Virus record (IMG/VR): IMGVR_UViG_3300033076_000558
Span: 1 to 35,542 of that record
Origin: a virus
Lineage: Duplodnaviria; Caudoviricetes
Length of the DNA stretch: 35,542 nt
Reading direction: 5' to 3' (one strand)
Part shown: one piece after another, positions 7,929 to 15,589 of the stretch
How positions within the stretch are numbered: position 1 is the stretch's first letter
How the letters are laid out: each line of letters begins with the position of its first letter
Notes under the pieces: generated by a model
Seen by the model: the letters and a program-made list of their open reading frames with translations, nothing else
The model's database searches: none
Told to the model about the DNA's origin: nothing
Translations under genes and position numbers: made by a program

Positions 7929-8029
7929 AACGGAGCCTCCGGTGTCTGTTGGCGCTGCTGGCGCTGGTATGCGCGCTGCTGCGCGGGAGTCCATGGCACG
8001 GGTCCAGAAGGCGAGGGAAATGGCCACAT
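7925..8029 (-). CDS. 34-aa peptide MWPFPSPSGPVPWT...EAPF
   Basis: GGAG RBS, TGATG coupling upstream and TTGA coupling downstream. Confidence 0.6.
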   Translation of the reverse strand: MWPFPSPSGPVPWTPAQQRAYQRQQRQQTPEAPF

Positions 8030-8211
8030 CAAGCGCTCCAGCCAACGACCAGCACAGCAGCCAGGCCAAGGCCGATGACGAACGCCAGCGCGTAGCCTGC
8101 GAGCTTTTCCCACTTGGCCTCGCGGTAGGCCATCGGGCGGGCGGTGGTGTAGCCGTAGGTGAAGGTGCAATCAGCCAGATTGCGCGGGGTGGTGATGTGT
8201 GAAGGTTTCAT
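8029..8211 (-). CDS. 60-aa protein with C-terminal TM helix
   Basis: AAGGA RBS; hydrophobic LAGYALAFVIGLGLAAVLVVGW. Confidence 0.75.
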   Translation of the reverse strand: MKPSHITTPRNLADCTFTYGYTTARPMAYREAKWEKLAGYALAFVIGLGLAAVLVVGWSA

Positions 8212-8238
8212 GTCGTGGTTCCTTGGTTGTTGTTGGGA

Positions 8239-8469
8239 TTAGGTGCCGTAGGTGCCCCAGGCGGGCATCTCCATGGTCAGCTCGATGGCAGTCCAGCACA
8301 TCTCGCTGCGCTCGATCTCGCCGGCCATGTGGCGCTTGTAGTCGTTGCGGGCGTCGAACAGATCGACCAGCTTGCGGCAGTCGTGCTCCGTCGGCCCCAT
8401 CTTGACGTAGCGCTTAAACATCTCGATGTTCTTCTCGATCGTCTGCAGGTTTTGTTCATGGGTTCGCAT
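8239..8469 (-). CDS. Hypothetical protein, first gene of the leftward early operon
   Basis: GAGGA upstream of ATG 8469; C/G-ending codon bias. Confidence 0.7.
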   Translation of the reverse strand: MRTHEQNLQTIEKNIEMFKRYVKMGPTEHDCRKLVDLFDARNDYKRHMAGEIERSEMCWTAIELTMEMPAWGTYGT

Positions 8470-8510
8470 CGTTTGGGTTCCTCGTTTCAACGCAACAGCG
8501 CGTTGAAGTG

Positions 8511-8582
8511 ATTACGCCACAACGATGAGAAACCCGCAATAGTATCCCGACAAGATTGTGGGGTTATTGCGGCAGGCTCATC
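8511..8582 (-). promoter_or_regulatory. PL-like promoter with two operator-like sites
   Basis: TTGCGG-N17-CGTAAT on minus strand; GATGAG-AAACC-CGCAAT (8524-8540) and its inverted match ATTGCG-GCAGG-CTCATC (8566-8582). Confidence 0.6.
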
Positions 8583-9165
8583 AGGTGGGCTTGATCCAGA
8601 GTACACGCGAGGCCCACACCACGCTTGCGTCCGTGCGCAGTGCAGCGCCGTCCGCGCCGTTGATCAGGTTGAACGTGCCAGAGCGGTAACCGCGCTGCAG
8701 GAACGAAACCACGTGCTCGCCGTTCTCGAGCGCGATGCAGCACAGCTGCCCCAGGTGCGCGCGCGGGTCATCCTCCGCAGGTGAGATGAACAGCATCCAG
8801 CCATCATGCGGATGGCCAGGCGCGCGCTTTTGCAGCGCGTACGTGCCCTCGGGACAGTCAGCAGGCCCGACAACCTTGTCGTGCGTGCGCCGCGGGAAAA
8901 GTGTGACCACCTCGTTTTTATCAACGTAACCGGTGACCTTCACGCGCCTGACGTCGTCGATCACCTCAATGCCTGCCTGGCGCAGCACCTCAGTGATGGC
9001 CACGCCCAGGATGATCGACATCTGGTGCGCCTCCTCGCTGGTCATCTTGCGCTGACCGCGTAGCATCAGCGAGACCGCCGCAGGATCGAGCTCCATCAGC
9101 TTGGCCAGCTTCCTCTGTGAGAGCTTCTTGGCGGCTAATAGTTGACGAAACCACTCGGTATTCAT
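8581..9165 (-). CDS. CI-like repressor (XRE HTH plus degenerate S24-like C-terminal domain)
   Basis: GAGG before ATG 9165; LSQRKLAKLMELDPAAVSLMLRGQRKM HTH; divergent from a cro-like gene. Confidence 0.85.
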   Translation of the reverse strand: MNTEWFRQLLAAKKLSQRKLAKLMELDPAAVSLMLRGQRKMTSEEAHQMSIILGVAITEVLRQAGIEVIDDVRRVKVTGYVDKNEVVTLFPRRTHDKVVGPADCPEGTYALQKRAPGHPHDGWMLFISPAEDDPRAHLGQLCCIALENGEHVVSFLQRGYRSGTFNLINGADGAALRTDASVVWASRVLWIKPT

Positions 9166-9176
9166 CGGGGCCTCTT

Positions 9177-9226
9177 TTGGTGAGGCTTCAACATTGCCAT
9201 ACACTCCTCGATGAGTCAAACGCAAC
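9177..9226 (+). promoter_or_regulatory. PR-like promoter and operator-like site
   Basis: TTGGTG-N17-TACACT (9177-9205) followed by GATGAG-TCAAA-CGCAAC (9210-9226). Confidence 0.55.
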
Positions 9227-9243
9227 ACATGAGGAAATTCAAC

Positions 9244-9486
9244 ATGTCTATTCCAGTCGTCCATACCCTCGACCCCGCTTACACAGTCATCGAAAAACTT
9301 GGTGGCAAGGGCGAGGTATGCGAAGCCCTCGGCCTCGACAAGTCCACGCTCTCTCGCTGGTGCCAACCGGTACCGAAGGGCACCGGCGGGATCATCCCGC
9401 AGCGGTACTGGCCGCAGCTGATCGAGATGGCCCGCGACAAGCGCGTGCGCATCACCCTCAAGGAGCTTGCCGCCGTTGAGGTGTGA
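9244..9486 (+). CDS. Cro-like HTH regulator
   Basis: GAGGA RBS; VIEKLGG...VCEALGLDKSTLSRW...GIIP pattern of the Cro/YdaS-like family. Confidence 0.85.
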   Translation: MSIPVVHTLDPAYTVIEKLGGKGEVCEALGLDKSTLSRWCQPVPKGTGGIIPQRYWPQLIEMARDKRVRITLKELAAVEV

Positions 9487-9509
9487 GCATGGTCATCGGA
9501 GTACAAGCG

Positions 9510-11639
9510 ATGACCAACAGCGATTTCCTCGAAGAGGTATATGGCGAACTTGAGCCAGGCACCCACGGCTGGGTGTGCTCGTTTCGCGCTGATCCGTCCA
9601 ACGCGCCTGCACTTGTGTGGGCCGGGCGCTCCTACAAGGGCATGCCTGCACAGGCAGCCACGATCGACAAAGCAGACCAAGACAACACCTATTTCTGCAC
9701 GGCAGTCCTGACGGCCACCAGTGATGGAGAGATTGTTCGGCGCAAGGAGGCGTTCGTTCGCCTTGCGGTAATGGTGCTCGATGACGTGCAGCTCGATGAC
9801 ATCCAGGGCTTCAGCTACGCCATCCAAACCAGCCCAGGAAAATTCCAGATCGGTATTTTTCTCGATGGGGATGATGCGGATACACGGAATAGGCAGCTTA
9901 TCGACCGCCTAATGCAAGTGCTGGCCACTCGCGGATTCATCAAGGCCGACAAGTCAGGCAACAACGCCGTGCGGTATGTGCGTTTACCCGTAGGTAAAAA
10001 CACCAAGCCACGCGCGGCCGGTGAGTGGCAAGTCAAGCTCGAGCGCTGGAGTCCGTCCGTGCGCTGGTCCCTCGAGGACGCGTGCGCTGCCATCGGCATC
10101 GACCTCGACAGCGTGCGCATCACGTCAGCACTGCCAGCCCCGTCGCAGGCCAGCTCGTCAGGCACAGGCGTGCACGCGGGCGAGATGGTCATGGGCATCA
10201 CTGACCCCAACCCGGCCAACCGCGCCTACCACGACAGCATCACCCGCCTGGCCGCAAGCCTGGTGGCCGGCGGTATGTACGCGGGCGCGGCCGTCGAGTT
10301 CCTGTACAGCCTGATGGACGAGTCCAGGCCAAGTGACCCGGCCGAGCTGTCTCGCTGGCAGTCACGCCGAGCCGAGATCCCCCGCGCAGTCAAGTCGGCC
10401 GAGAAGTTCGCACCCGAGGAGCGCAAGCCCCCGCAGATCACCGTCAACCTGACCATGCCGGGTGGCTCACCAGATGAGCCTGCGTCCGAGCCAGAGCTGC
10501 CGGCCGGCGATCTCCAGCCCATGGACTGGGAGCGCCTGCAGTACACCCAGCCCGAGCCAACCCAGTGGCGCTACGAGGGCTGGCTGCCCGAGGGCACCGT
10601 CACCCTGCTGGCCGCCAACGGCGGCGTGGGCAAGTCCAACCTGTCCCTGCAGCTGGGCGTGGCACTGGCTCACGGGATGAGCCTGTTCGACATCCAGACC
10701 AAGCCCAGCCGCGTCCTGATCCTCTCAGGCGAGGACGAGGCCCGCACCGTGCACTTTCGCGTAGCCAACATCTGCGCCGACATGGGCCTGGAGATGTCCA
10801 GCCTGCGGGACAAGCTCATGGTCTACGACCTGACCAAGCAGGACTGCGTGCTCTGGAAGGACGGCAGCCCCACCGAGCGCATGCAGTGGCTGGCCGACGT
10901 GGTCGTGGCCAGCAAGGCTGGTGTGGTGATCGTCGACAACGCCTCGGACGTGTTCGCGGACAACGAGAACGACAGGACAGCTGTGCGCGGGTTCATGCGC
11001 TGCCTGAACCTGATCGCCGGCGAGACGCGCGCGGCCGTGATGCTGCTGGCGCACGTCGACAAGGCATCAGCCCGCGGTGGCGCAGGCCTGGACACCAACA
11101 CCACCTTCAGCGGCTCGACAGCCTGGAACAACAGCGCACGCTCGCGCTGGGCCATGGTGCGCGACGGCCAGACGGTCGTGCTGCGCCATGAGAAGTGCAA
11201 CCTCGGCCCGCTGCAGGAAGAGCTGCGCATCGAGTTCGACCCAGGCTCCAAGGTGTTCAGGCGCTTTGGCACCAGCCCAGGCCTCAAGGCCGCGGCCAAT
11301 CTGGTGCGAAATCAGCACCGCGCTGTGATTCTCAAACTGATCGGCCGGGCAGCTGACGCGGGCGCCAACCTGTCCCTGAAGGTCAGCGCCACCAACAACG
11401 TGTACGTGGCACTGCGCGATGACCCAGAGTTCCCCAGCGGGCTGGATAGGCGCGACTTCTTCCAGATCCTGCGGGACATGGAAAACGAGCGCCTGGTGGC
11501 CGCGCAGACGTACACGCGCAGCAACCGCACACCAGGCCAGCGCGTAGTGCTTACCGAGGCAGGAAAGGCCCGCGTGGCGATCGGCTCAGGAGCCGCGCCG
11601 ACCTGGGTGCAACGAGATGAAGAAGGAGAAGACGAATGA
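9510..11639 (+). CDS. Primase-helicase fusion (RepB-type AEP primase plus RecA-like AAA_25 helicase)
   Basis: VLDD, TSPGKFQ, RYVRLP.G.NTK primase motifs; ANGGVGKS Walker A, GEDE, VIVDN, LLAHVDK, SGSTAW; GGAG before ATG 9510 (9483/9489 possible). Confidence 0.88.
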   Translation: MTNSDFLEEVYGELEPGTHGWVCSFRADPSNAPALVWAGRSYKGMPAQAATIDKADQDNTYFCTAVLTATSDGEIVRRKEAFVRLAVMVLDDVQLDDIQGFSYAIQTSPGKFQIGIFLDGDDADTRNRQLIDRLMQVLATRGFIKADKSGNNAVRYVRLPVGKNTKPRAAGEWQVKLERWSPSVRWSLEDACAAIGIDLDSVRITSALPAPSQASSSGTGVHAGEMVMGITDPNPANRAYHDSITRLAASLVAGGMYAGAAVEFLYSLMDESRPSDPAELSRWQSRRAEIPRAVKSAEKFAPEERKPPQITVNLTMPGGSPDEPASEPELPAGDLQPMDWERLQYTQPEPTQWRYEGWLPEGTVTLLAANGGVGKSNLSLQLGVALAHGMSLFDIQTKPSRVLILSGEDEARTVHFRVANICADMGLEMSSLRDKLMVYDLTKQDCVLWKDGSPTERMQWLADVVVASKAGVVIVDNASDVFADNENDRTAVRGFMRCLNLIAGETRAAVMLLAHVDKASARGGAGLDTNTTFSGSTAWNNSARSRWAMVRDGQTVVLRHEKCNLGPLQEELRIEFDPGSKVFRRFGTSPGLKAAANLVRNQHRAVILKLIGRAADAGANLSLKVSATNNVYVALRDDPEFPSGLDRRDFFQILRDMENERLVAAQTYTRSNRTPGQRVVLTEAGKARVAIGSGAAPTWVQRDEEGEDE

Positions 11640-11857
11640 ACAGACAAGACATCATCCGCATGGCGCAGGAGGCTGGCTGGATGCACGAACACGATTCGGA
11701 AACAGGATTTGTTGCTGAAGCCGCCACTAAATTTGCCGCCCTTGTCGCTGCTGCTGAGCGTGATCGCATTGCACGCGAGTGCTCGCGGCTGCCGTTTGGC
11801 GATACCGCGGCCAGCTTTGCCGCTTGGATCGCGCAAGGTGGAGGGCAGACGCTATGA
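11636..11857 (+). CDS. Small phage hypothetical protein
   Basis: ATGA coupling; IIRMAQEAG...FAALVAAAER..A pattern common in phage accessory genes. Confidence 0.75.
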   Translation: MNRQDIIRMAQEAGWMHEHDSETGFVAEAATKFAALVAAAERDRIARECSRLPFGDTAASFAAWIAQGGGQTL

Positions 11858-12273
11858 GCAAACAAACAGAGGCTTTGAAGCTGGCGCTGGAGGCGTTGGA
11901 GAACGCAGAAGATCAACTGGCAAAGCCATACAGCACTGGCGCACGCTACGCCATCACCGCCATCCGCGAAGCACTGGCAGAGCAGCCAGCACAGCAGCAG
12001 GAGCTTGCTGAAGCAAGCGTGGAGCCGGTGGCGTTTGTAGCACTTCAAGCATGGACGTGCGGTGCTTACTGGCCTGATGACTGCTTCTTCGATTCGGCAG
12101 GTGAAGGGTTGACGCCCCTCTATACATTCCCGCAGCCAAGCAAGCCGTGGGTTGGGCTGACGGATGAGGAGATCAAGCGAATGGCTGCGCCTTGGTTTTT
12201 GTCGATGTACTGGAAACTGTGCGTTTCATTTGGCCGCGCCATCGAAACCAAACTCAAGGAAAAGAACACATGA
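11854..12273 (+). CDS. Mosaic phage hypothetical protein
   Basis: ATGA coupling; ALKLALEALE...EPVA...PLY...WVGLTDEEI...RAIE.KLKEKN. Confidence 0.75.
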   Translation: MSKQTEALKLALEALENAEDQLAKPYSTGARYAITAIREALAEQPAQQQELAEASVEPVAFVALQAWTCGAYWPDDCFFDSAGEGLTPLYTFPQPSKPWVGLTDEEIKRMAAPWFLSMYWKLCVSFGRAIETKLKEKNT

Positions 12274-12464
12274 ACGCGCCCTGGCTTGTCCGATTCGTGC
12301 CCACAGGCGAGCTCATCAAGGGCGTGCAGGTGTGCGAGCACCACGAGGTCATGCAGCTGCCAGAGCAGCGCATCGTCGAGCTTTGGCGTGAGCACCAGGA
12401 GGTCATCGGGTTCGCACGCGCCCTCGAGCGCGAGCATGGAATTGGCAGGAGGTTTGACGCATGA
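12270..12464 (+). CDS. Small hypothetical protein
   Basis: ATGA coupling at both ends. Confidence 0.7.
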   Translation: MNAPWLVRFVPTGELIKGVQVCEHHEVMQLPEQRIVELWREHQEVIGFARALEREHGIGRRFDA

Positions 12465-12739
12465 GCTTGGAAAGAATCATCGCGGAGCAGCAGGAAAAGA
12501 TCGACCAGCTGACCATTGGCAACAAGAAACTGATCGAGCGCTCGGCCAACGTCTTCAAGCGCAACGAGGAGCTGTTTGAGGCTTGGGCCAGGCTGCTGGA
12601 CGCGGAGCCGACAGACAGGGATGGCGACCCGGCCAAGTGGGAGAGCTACCGGTCGCTCAAGCATGAGGTGCGCATGCAGATGCTGGACGCGGGGTATTGC
12701 CTGCGCTGTTACAACTTCATTTGCGAATGCGAGGACTGA
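12461..12739 (+). CDS. Hypothetical protein, coiled coil with C-terminal CxxC...CxC
   Basis: AGGAGG RBS; CLRCYNFICEC. Confidence 0.75.
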   Translation: MSLERIIAEQQEKIDQLTIGNKKLIERSANVFKRNEELFEAWARLLDAEPTDRDGDPAKWESYRSLKHEVRMQMLDAGYCLRCYNFICECED

Positions 12740-12740
12740 C

Positions 12741-12926
12741 ATGAGCACATCAGACGGCGGCAAAGGCAGCGACCGCAGGCCAGGGCAGGGCTATCAGGAC
12801 GGCTGGGACAGGATCTTTGGGCGCAAGCCCGAGACCTGCCCGCCTTGCCATGGGGACTGCGAGCAGGGGCGGAGGTGCCCAGCAAGGAAGCAAGGAGAGC
12901 AACATGGTCGAGATCGCACACTTTGA
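12741..12926 (+). CDS. Small hypothetical protein with Cys cluster
   Basis: GAGGA RBS; GGKGS..RP...WDRIFG; CPPCHGDCEQGRRCPAR. Confidence 0.65.
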   Translation: MSTSDGGKGSDRRPGQGYQDGWDRIFGRKPETCPPCHGDCEQGRRCPARKQGEQHGRDRTL

Positions 12927-13197
12927 TGGATGGACGCTGCACGTCCAGCCTTGGGCCGATTACACCGAGGCCAAGCGAGAGCCTTGGTGGCGGGTTTACC
13001 TGTTCAAGGACGAGGGCAAGGGGCGCTTCTACCTCGCCTGGAACGGCTCAAGGTTTGCCAAATCTGGGGAGCTGGCGCGTGCATCCAAAGCCGCGCCCGA
13101 TGCTTTGTGGCGTGCTCAAGAGCACCTGCTCGGGGCATTTACAACGGCAAAATGCTCACGTGCTCACGCCTTGCACACGCATGCACGTGCAGCCTGA
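12904..13197 (+). CDS. Hypothetical protein whose 3' end runs into origin-like repeats
   Basis: AAGGAG RBS before ATG 12904. Confidence 0.6.
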   Translation: MVEIAHFDGWTLHVQPWADYTEAKREPWWRVYLFKDEGKGRFYLAWNGSRFAKSGELARASKAAPDALWRAQEHLLGAFTTAKCSRAHALHTHARAA

Positions 13198-13297
13198 GTG
13201 CATGTGTGTGCAAAGGGGCTACTTTGCCCCTTGCACACCTGCACACGCACACGCCCTGTATGGGGTGTGGGGTGTGTGCGTGCAAAAGTTATCCACA
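13153..13297. repeat. Origin-like region: TGC(A/T)CAC direct and inverted repeats plus DnaA box
   Basis: Repeats at 13153, 13161, 13172, 13232 and 13240, inverted copies near 13206 and 13272-13284; TTATCCACA at 13289-13297. Confidence 0.7.
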
Positions 13298-13307
13298 GGA
13301 GGAAATC

Positions 13308-13484
13308 ATGGATTGGGAAATGAAAGCCAGGTGCCTGGCAGAGGATTTGAGGGCCGCGGCAGTCGGTTGGCTGAGCGCCTGCGTCTGGCTGATGTTCGTG
13401 GTCGACGGGTGGCTGATCGTGCTGCCAGCGTTCGGTGCACTGGGCGCGCTCGGCGTCCTGCGTGATGCGAGAATCAAGCCATGA
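13308..13484 (+). CDS. 58-aa membrane protein
   Basis: AGGAGG RBS; two short hydrophobic segments; ATGA overlap with next gene. Confidence 0.65.
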   Translation: MDWEMKARCLAEDLRAAAVGWLSACVWLMFVVDGWLIVLPAFGALGALGVLRDARIKP

Positions 13485-14059
13485 TGCAAACCAAGCAACA
13501 GGACGTCGGGGAACAGCTGCAGAACGTGGTCTTGCAGGCCGCGGTGGATGAGGCTGTACGGATAGACAGTGAGGCTTCTAAAGTTGAAGGCGTCAAGAAG
13601 AAGGTCATGGTGTCGCCGCTGACAGGCAACGAGCTGCCCGCGGGAAGGCAGAAGGGCAGCGTGAACAAGGTCACGCGCACGATCCGCGAGGCCGTCGAGA
13701 AGGCGGCCCGCGAGTGCCACTCGGAGGGCCTGGCCGGCTGGCTGATCGAGCGCGCGCAGGGCGGCATCCAGGACCGGCAGATCTTCGCGCAGATGGTCAA
13801 CAAGGCCATGCCGCTGCAGGTGCAGGCCAACGTGGACGGCGGCATCAAGCTCGAGCTGAGCTGGCTGGGATCGCGTTCGATTGGCACAACCACGGCACAA
13901 GTCACAGAGCAGCGCACGCAAGTGCTTGATCTTGAACAAGATTCCGAGGGTCAGTACCGGATTAAACATCCGAACGGTGGGGGGGATGCCCAGCCGGCGG
14001 GGGAGGGTGGCACACCACCGACCGCGCAGAACGACGCACAAGGCCCGCAAGGTGCGTGA
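13481..14059 (+). CDS. Probable terminase small subunit
   Basis: GRQKGSVNKVT motif; position directly before the large terminase. Confidence 0.65.
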   Translation: MMQTKQQDVGEQLQNVVLQAAVDEAVRIDSEASKVEGVKKKVMVSPLTGNELPAGRQKGSVNKVTRTIREAVEKAARECHSEGLAGWLIERAQGGIQDRQIFAQMVNKAMPLQVQANVDGGIKLELSWLGSRSIGTTTAQVTEQRTQVLDLEQDSEGQYRIKHPNGGGDAQPAGEGGTPPTAQNDAQGPQGA

Positions 14060-14251
14060 GGCTACTACCCCTGCGGCCTGCCTGCGATCGCAGCTCCTGG
14101 CCCGTGCTGAGGCCGTGCGTGAGGCATCGGCTCGCGCGTGGCTGGCTCGACCCCCATCCCCCCATCGAGCCGGGGCCGGGGGGGTGGCTGGAGCAGGGGC
14201 CCCCCTCCCTTCTCTCCCATTCCCAAAATCGATGTTGAGAAAAACACACCA

Positions 14252-15589
14252 ATGAAGCTCCAAGAATACGCACCCCGCGACGTCTTCAAGCCGTTGCACA
14301 ACCGCGACAAGCGTTGGGCTGTGGTGGTGGCGCACCGGCGCGCGGGCAAGACGGTGGCCATGTGTGCTGACCTGGTGATTGGTGCGCTGGAGACGTCCCT
14401 GGCGCGGCCGCAGTTTGCGTACCTGGCGCCGTTTCGTGCGCAGGCCAAGATGGTGGCCTGGTCGTATCTCAAGGAGCTGACCAAGGATTTTTGGGCCAAG
14501 CCGCCCAACGAGTCCGAGCTGAAGCTGTCGATCAGGAACGGGCACGGCGGCGAGAGCACCATCTACGTGGCCGGCGCTGACAACCCGGACGCGCTGCGGG
14601 GTTTGTACTTTGACGGGGTGGTGCTGGACGAGGTGGGGGACATGCGCCCGAGCGCCTGGTACACGGTCATCCGGCCGGCGCTGTCTGACCGTCGCGGCTG
14701 GGCGATCTTTGCGGGTACCCCGCGCGGCAAGAACCTTTTTTGGAACTTACGCGAGGAGGCCCGGCTGAACCCGAGCAGCCACATCTTGCTGGAGCTGCCC
14801 GCGTCCAAGACGGGGATCATTCACCCGGACGAGCTGAGGGACGCCAAGGCGCAGATGACGACCGAGGCGTACGAGATCGAATACGAGTGCTCGTTTGACG
14901 CGGCCATCCCTGGTGCGTACTACGCCAAGCTCATTGGCGAGGCGTATGACCAGGGGCGCATTGGCAAGTACCCGATTGATCCTGAGCTGAAGGTGAACCT
15001 GGTGGCCGACTTGGGCTACACGGACAGCTGCAGCTGGTGGGGTTGGCAGGAGACGCCTGACGGGTACCGGGTGGTGGACTTCATGGAGGACGACAACCAG
15101 CCGATCAAGCATTACATCGACTGGGTGAAGTCTCGGCCGTACAAGGTGGGGGAGGTGTACCTGCCGCACGATGCCCGCGCCAAAAGCCTACAGACCGGCA
15201 AGTCGATCATTGAGCAGTTCTTGTCCAACGGCATCACGCCGCGGTTGGTGCCTGAGCTGTCCTTGCAGGACGGCATTGAGGCTGCGCGTTTGATCATTCA
15301 GGACTGCTGGTTCGATGAGGAGGTGACATACGAGGGGCTGGAGCACCTGCGCGGGTACATGAGGGAGTGGGACGAGAAGACGCAGACGTTCAGGAACAAG
15401 CCCAAGCACGACCAGCACTCGCACGCCTCTGACAGTTTCCGCTACCTGGCGCTTGCTGCCAAGAAAACGGTGAGGAAGTCAACCGGTGGTCATAAAATCA
15501 CATCAAAGCAGGCCAAGGGCGCGCATTACCAGTTCGCCTTGGACGACATTTGGGACACTGCTCCCGTCCAGTCAGGAAGGATTGGGTAA
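14252..15589 (+). CDS. terL: Terminase large subunit
   Basis: AHRRAGKT Walker A, LRGLYFDGVVLDE Walker B, GTPRG, nuclease ADLG and SHASDSFRY; start moved to ATG 14252. Confidence 0.95.
   Translation: MKLQEYAPRDVFKPLHNRDKRWAVVVAHRRAGKTVAMCADLVIGALETSLARPQFAYLAPFRAQAKMVAWSYLKELTKDFWAKPPNESELKLSIRNGHGGESTIYVAGADNPDALRGLYFDGVVLDEVGDMRPSAWYTVIRPALSDRRGWAIFAGTPRGKNLFWNLREEARLNPSSHILLELPASKTGIIHPDELRDAKAQMTTEAYEIEYECSFDAAIPGAYYAKLIGEAYDQGRIGKYPIDPELKVNLVADLGYTDSCSWWGWQETPDGYRVVDFMEDDNQPIKHYIDWVKSRPYKVGEVYLPHDARAKSLQTGKSIIEQFLSNGITPRLVPELSLQDGIEAARLIIQDCWFDEEVTYEGLEHLRGYMREWDEKTQTFRNKPKHDQHSHASDSFRYLALAAKKTVRKSTGGHKITSKQAKGAHYQFALDDIWDTAPVQSGRIG

Noticed and set aside
9179-9244. Additional operator copies at 9179 and 9228
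   Set aside because: Only one half-site matches or the spacing is off by one; too weak to list
10229-10236. CCACGACA inside the primase gene, and many CACGAC hits
   Set aside because: Explained by His-Asp codons mid-gene; lacks the full 9-mer, so not counted as antisense targets
14138-14251. N-terminal extension of TerL given by the ORF track
   Set aside because: Low-complexity G/P translation of the G/C tracts; ATG 14252 gives a typical TerL start shortly before the Walker A motif
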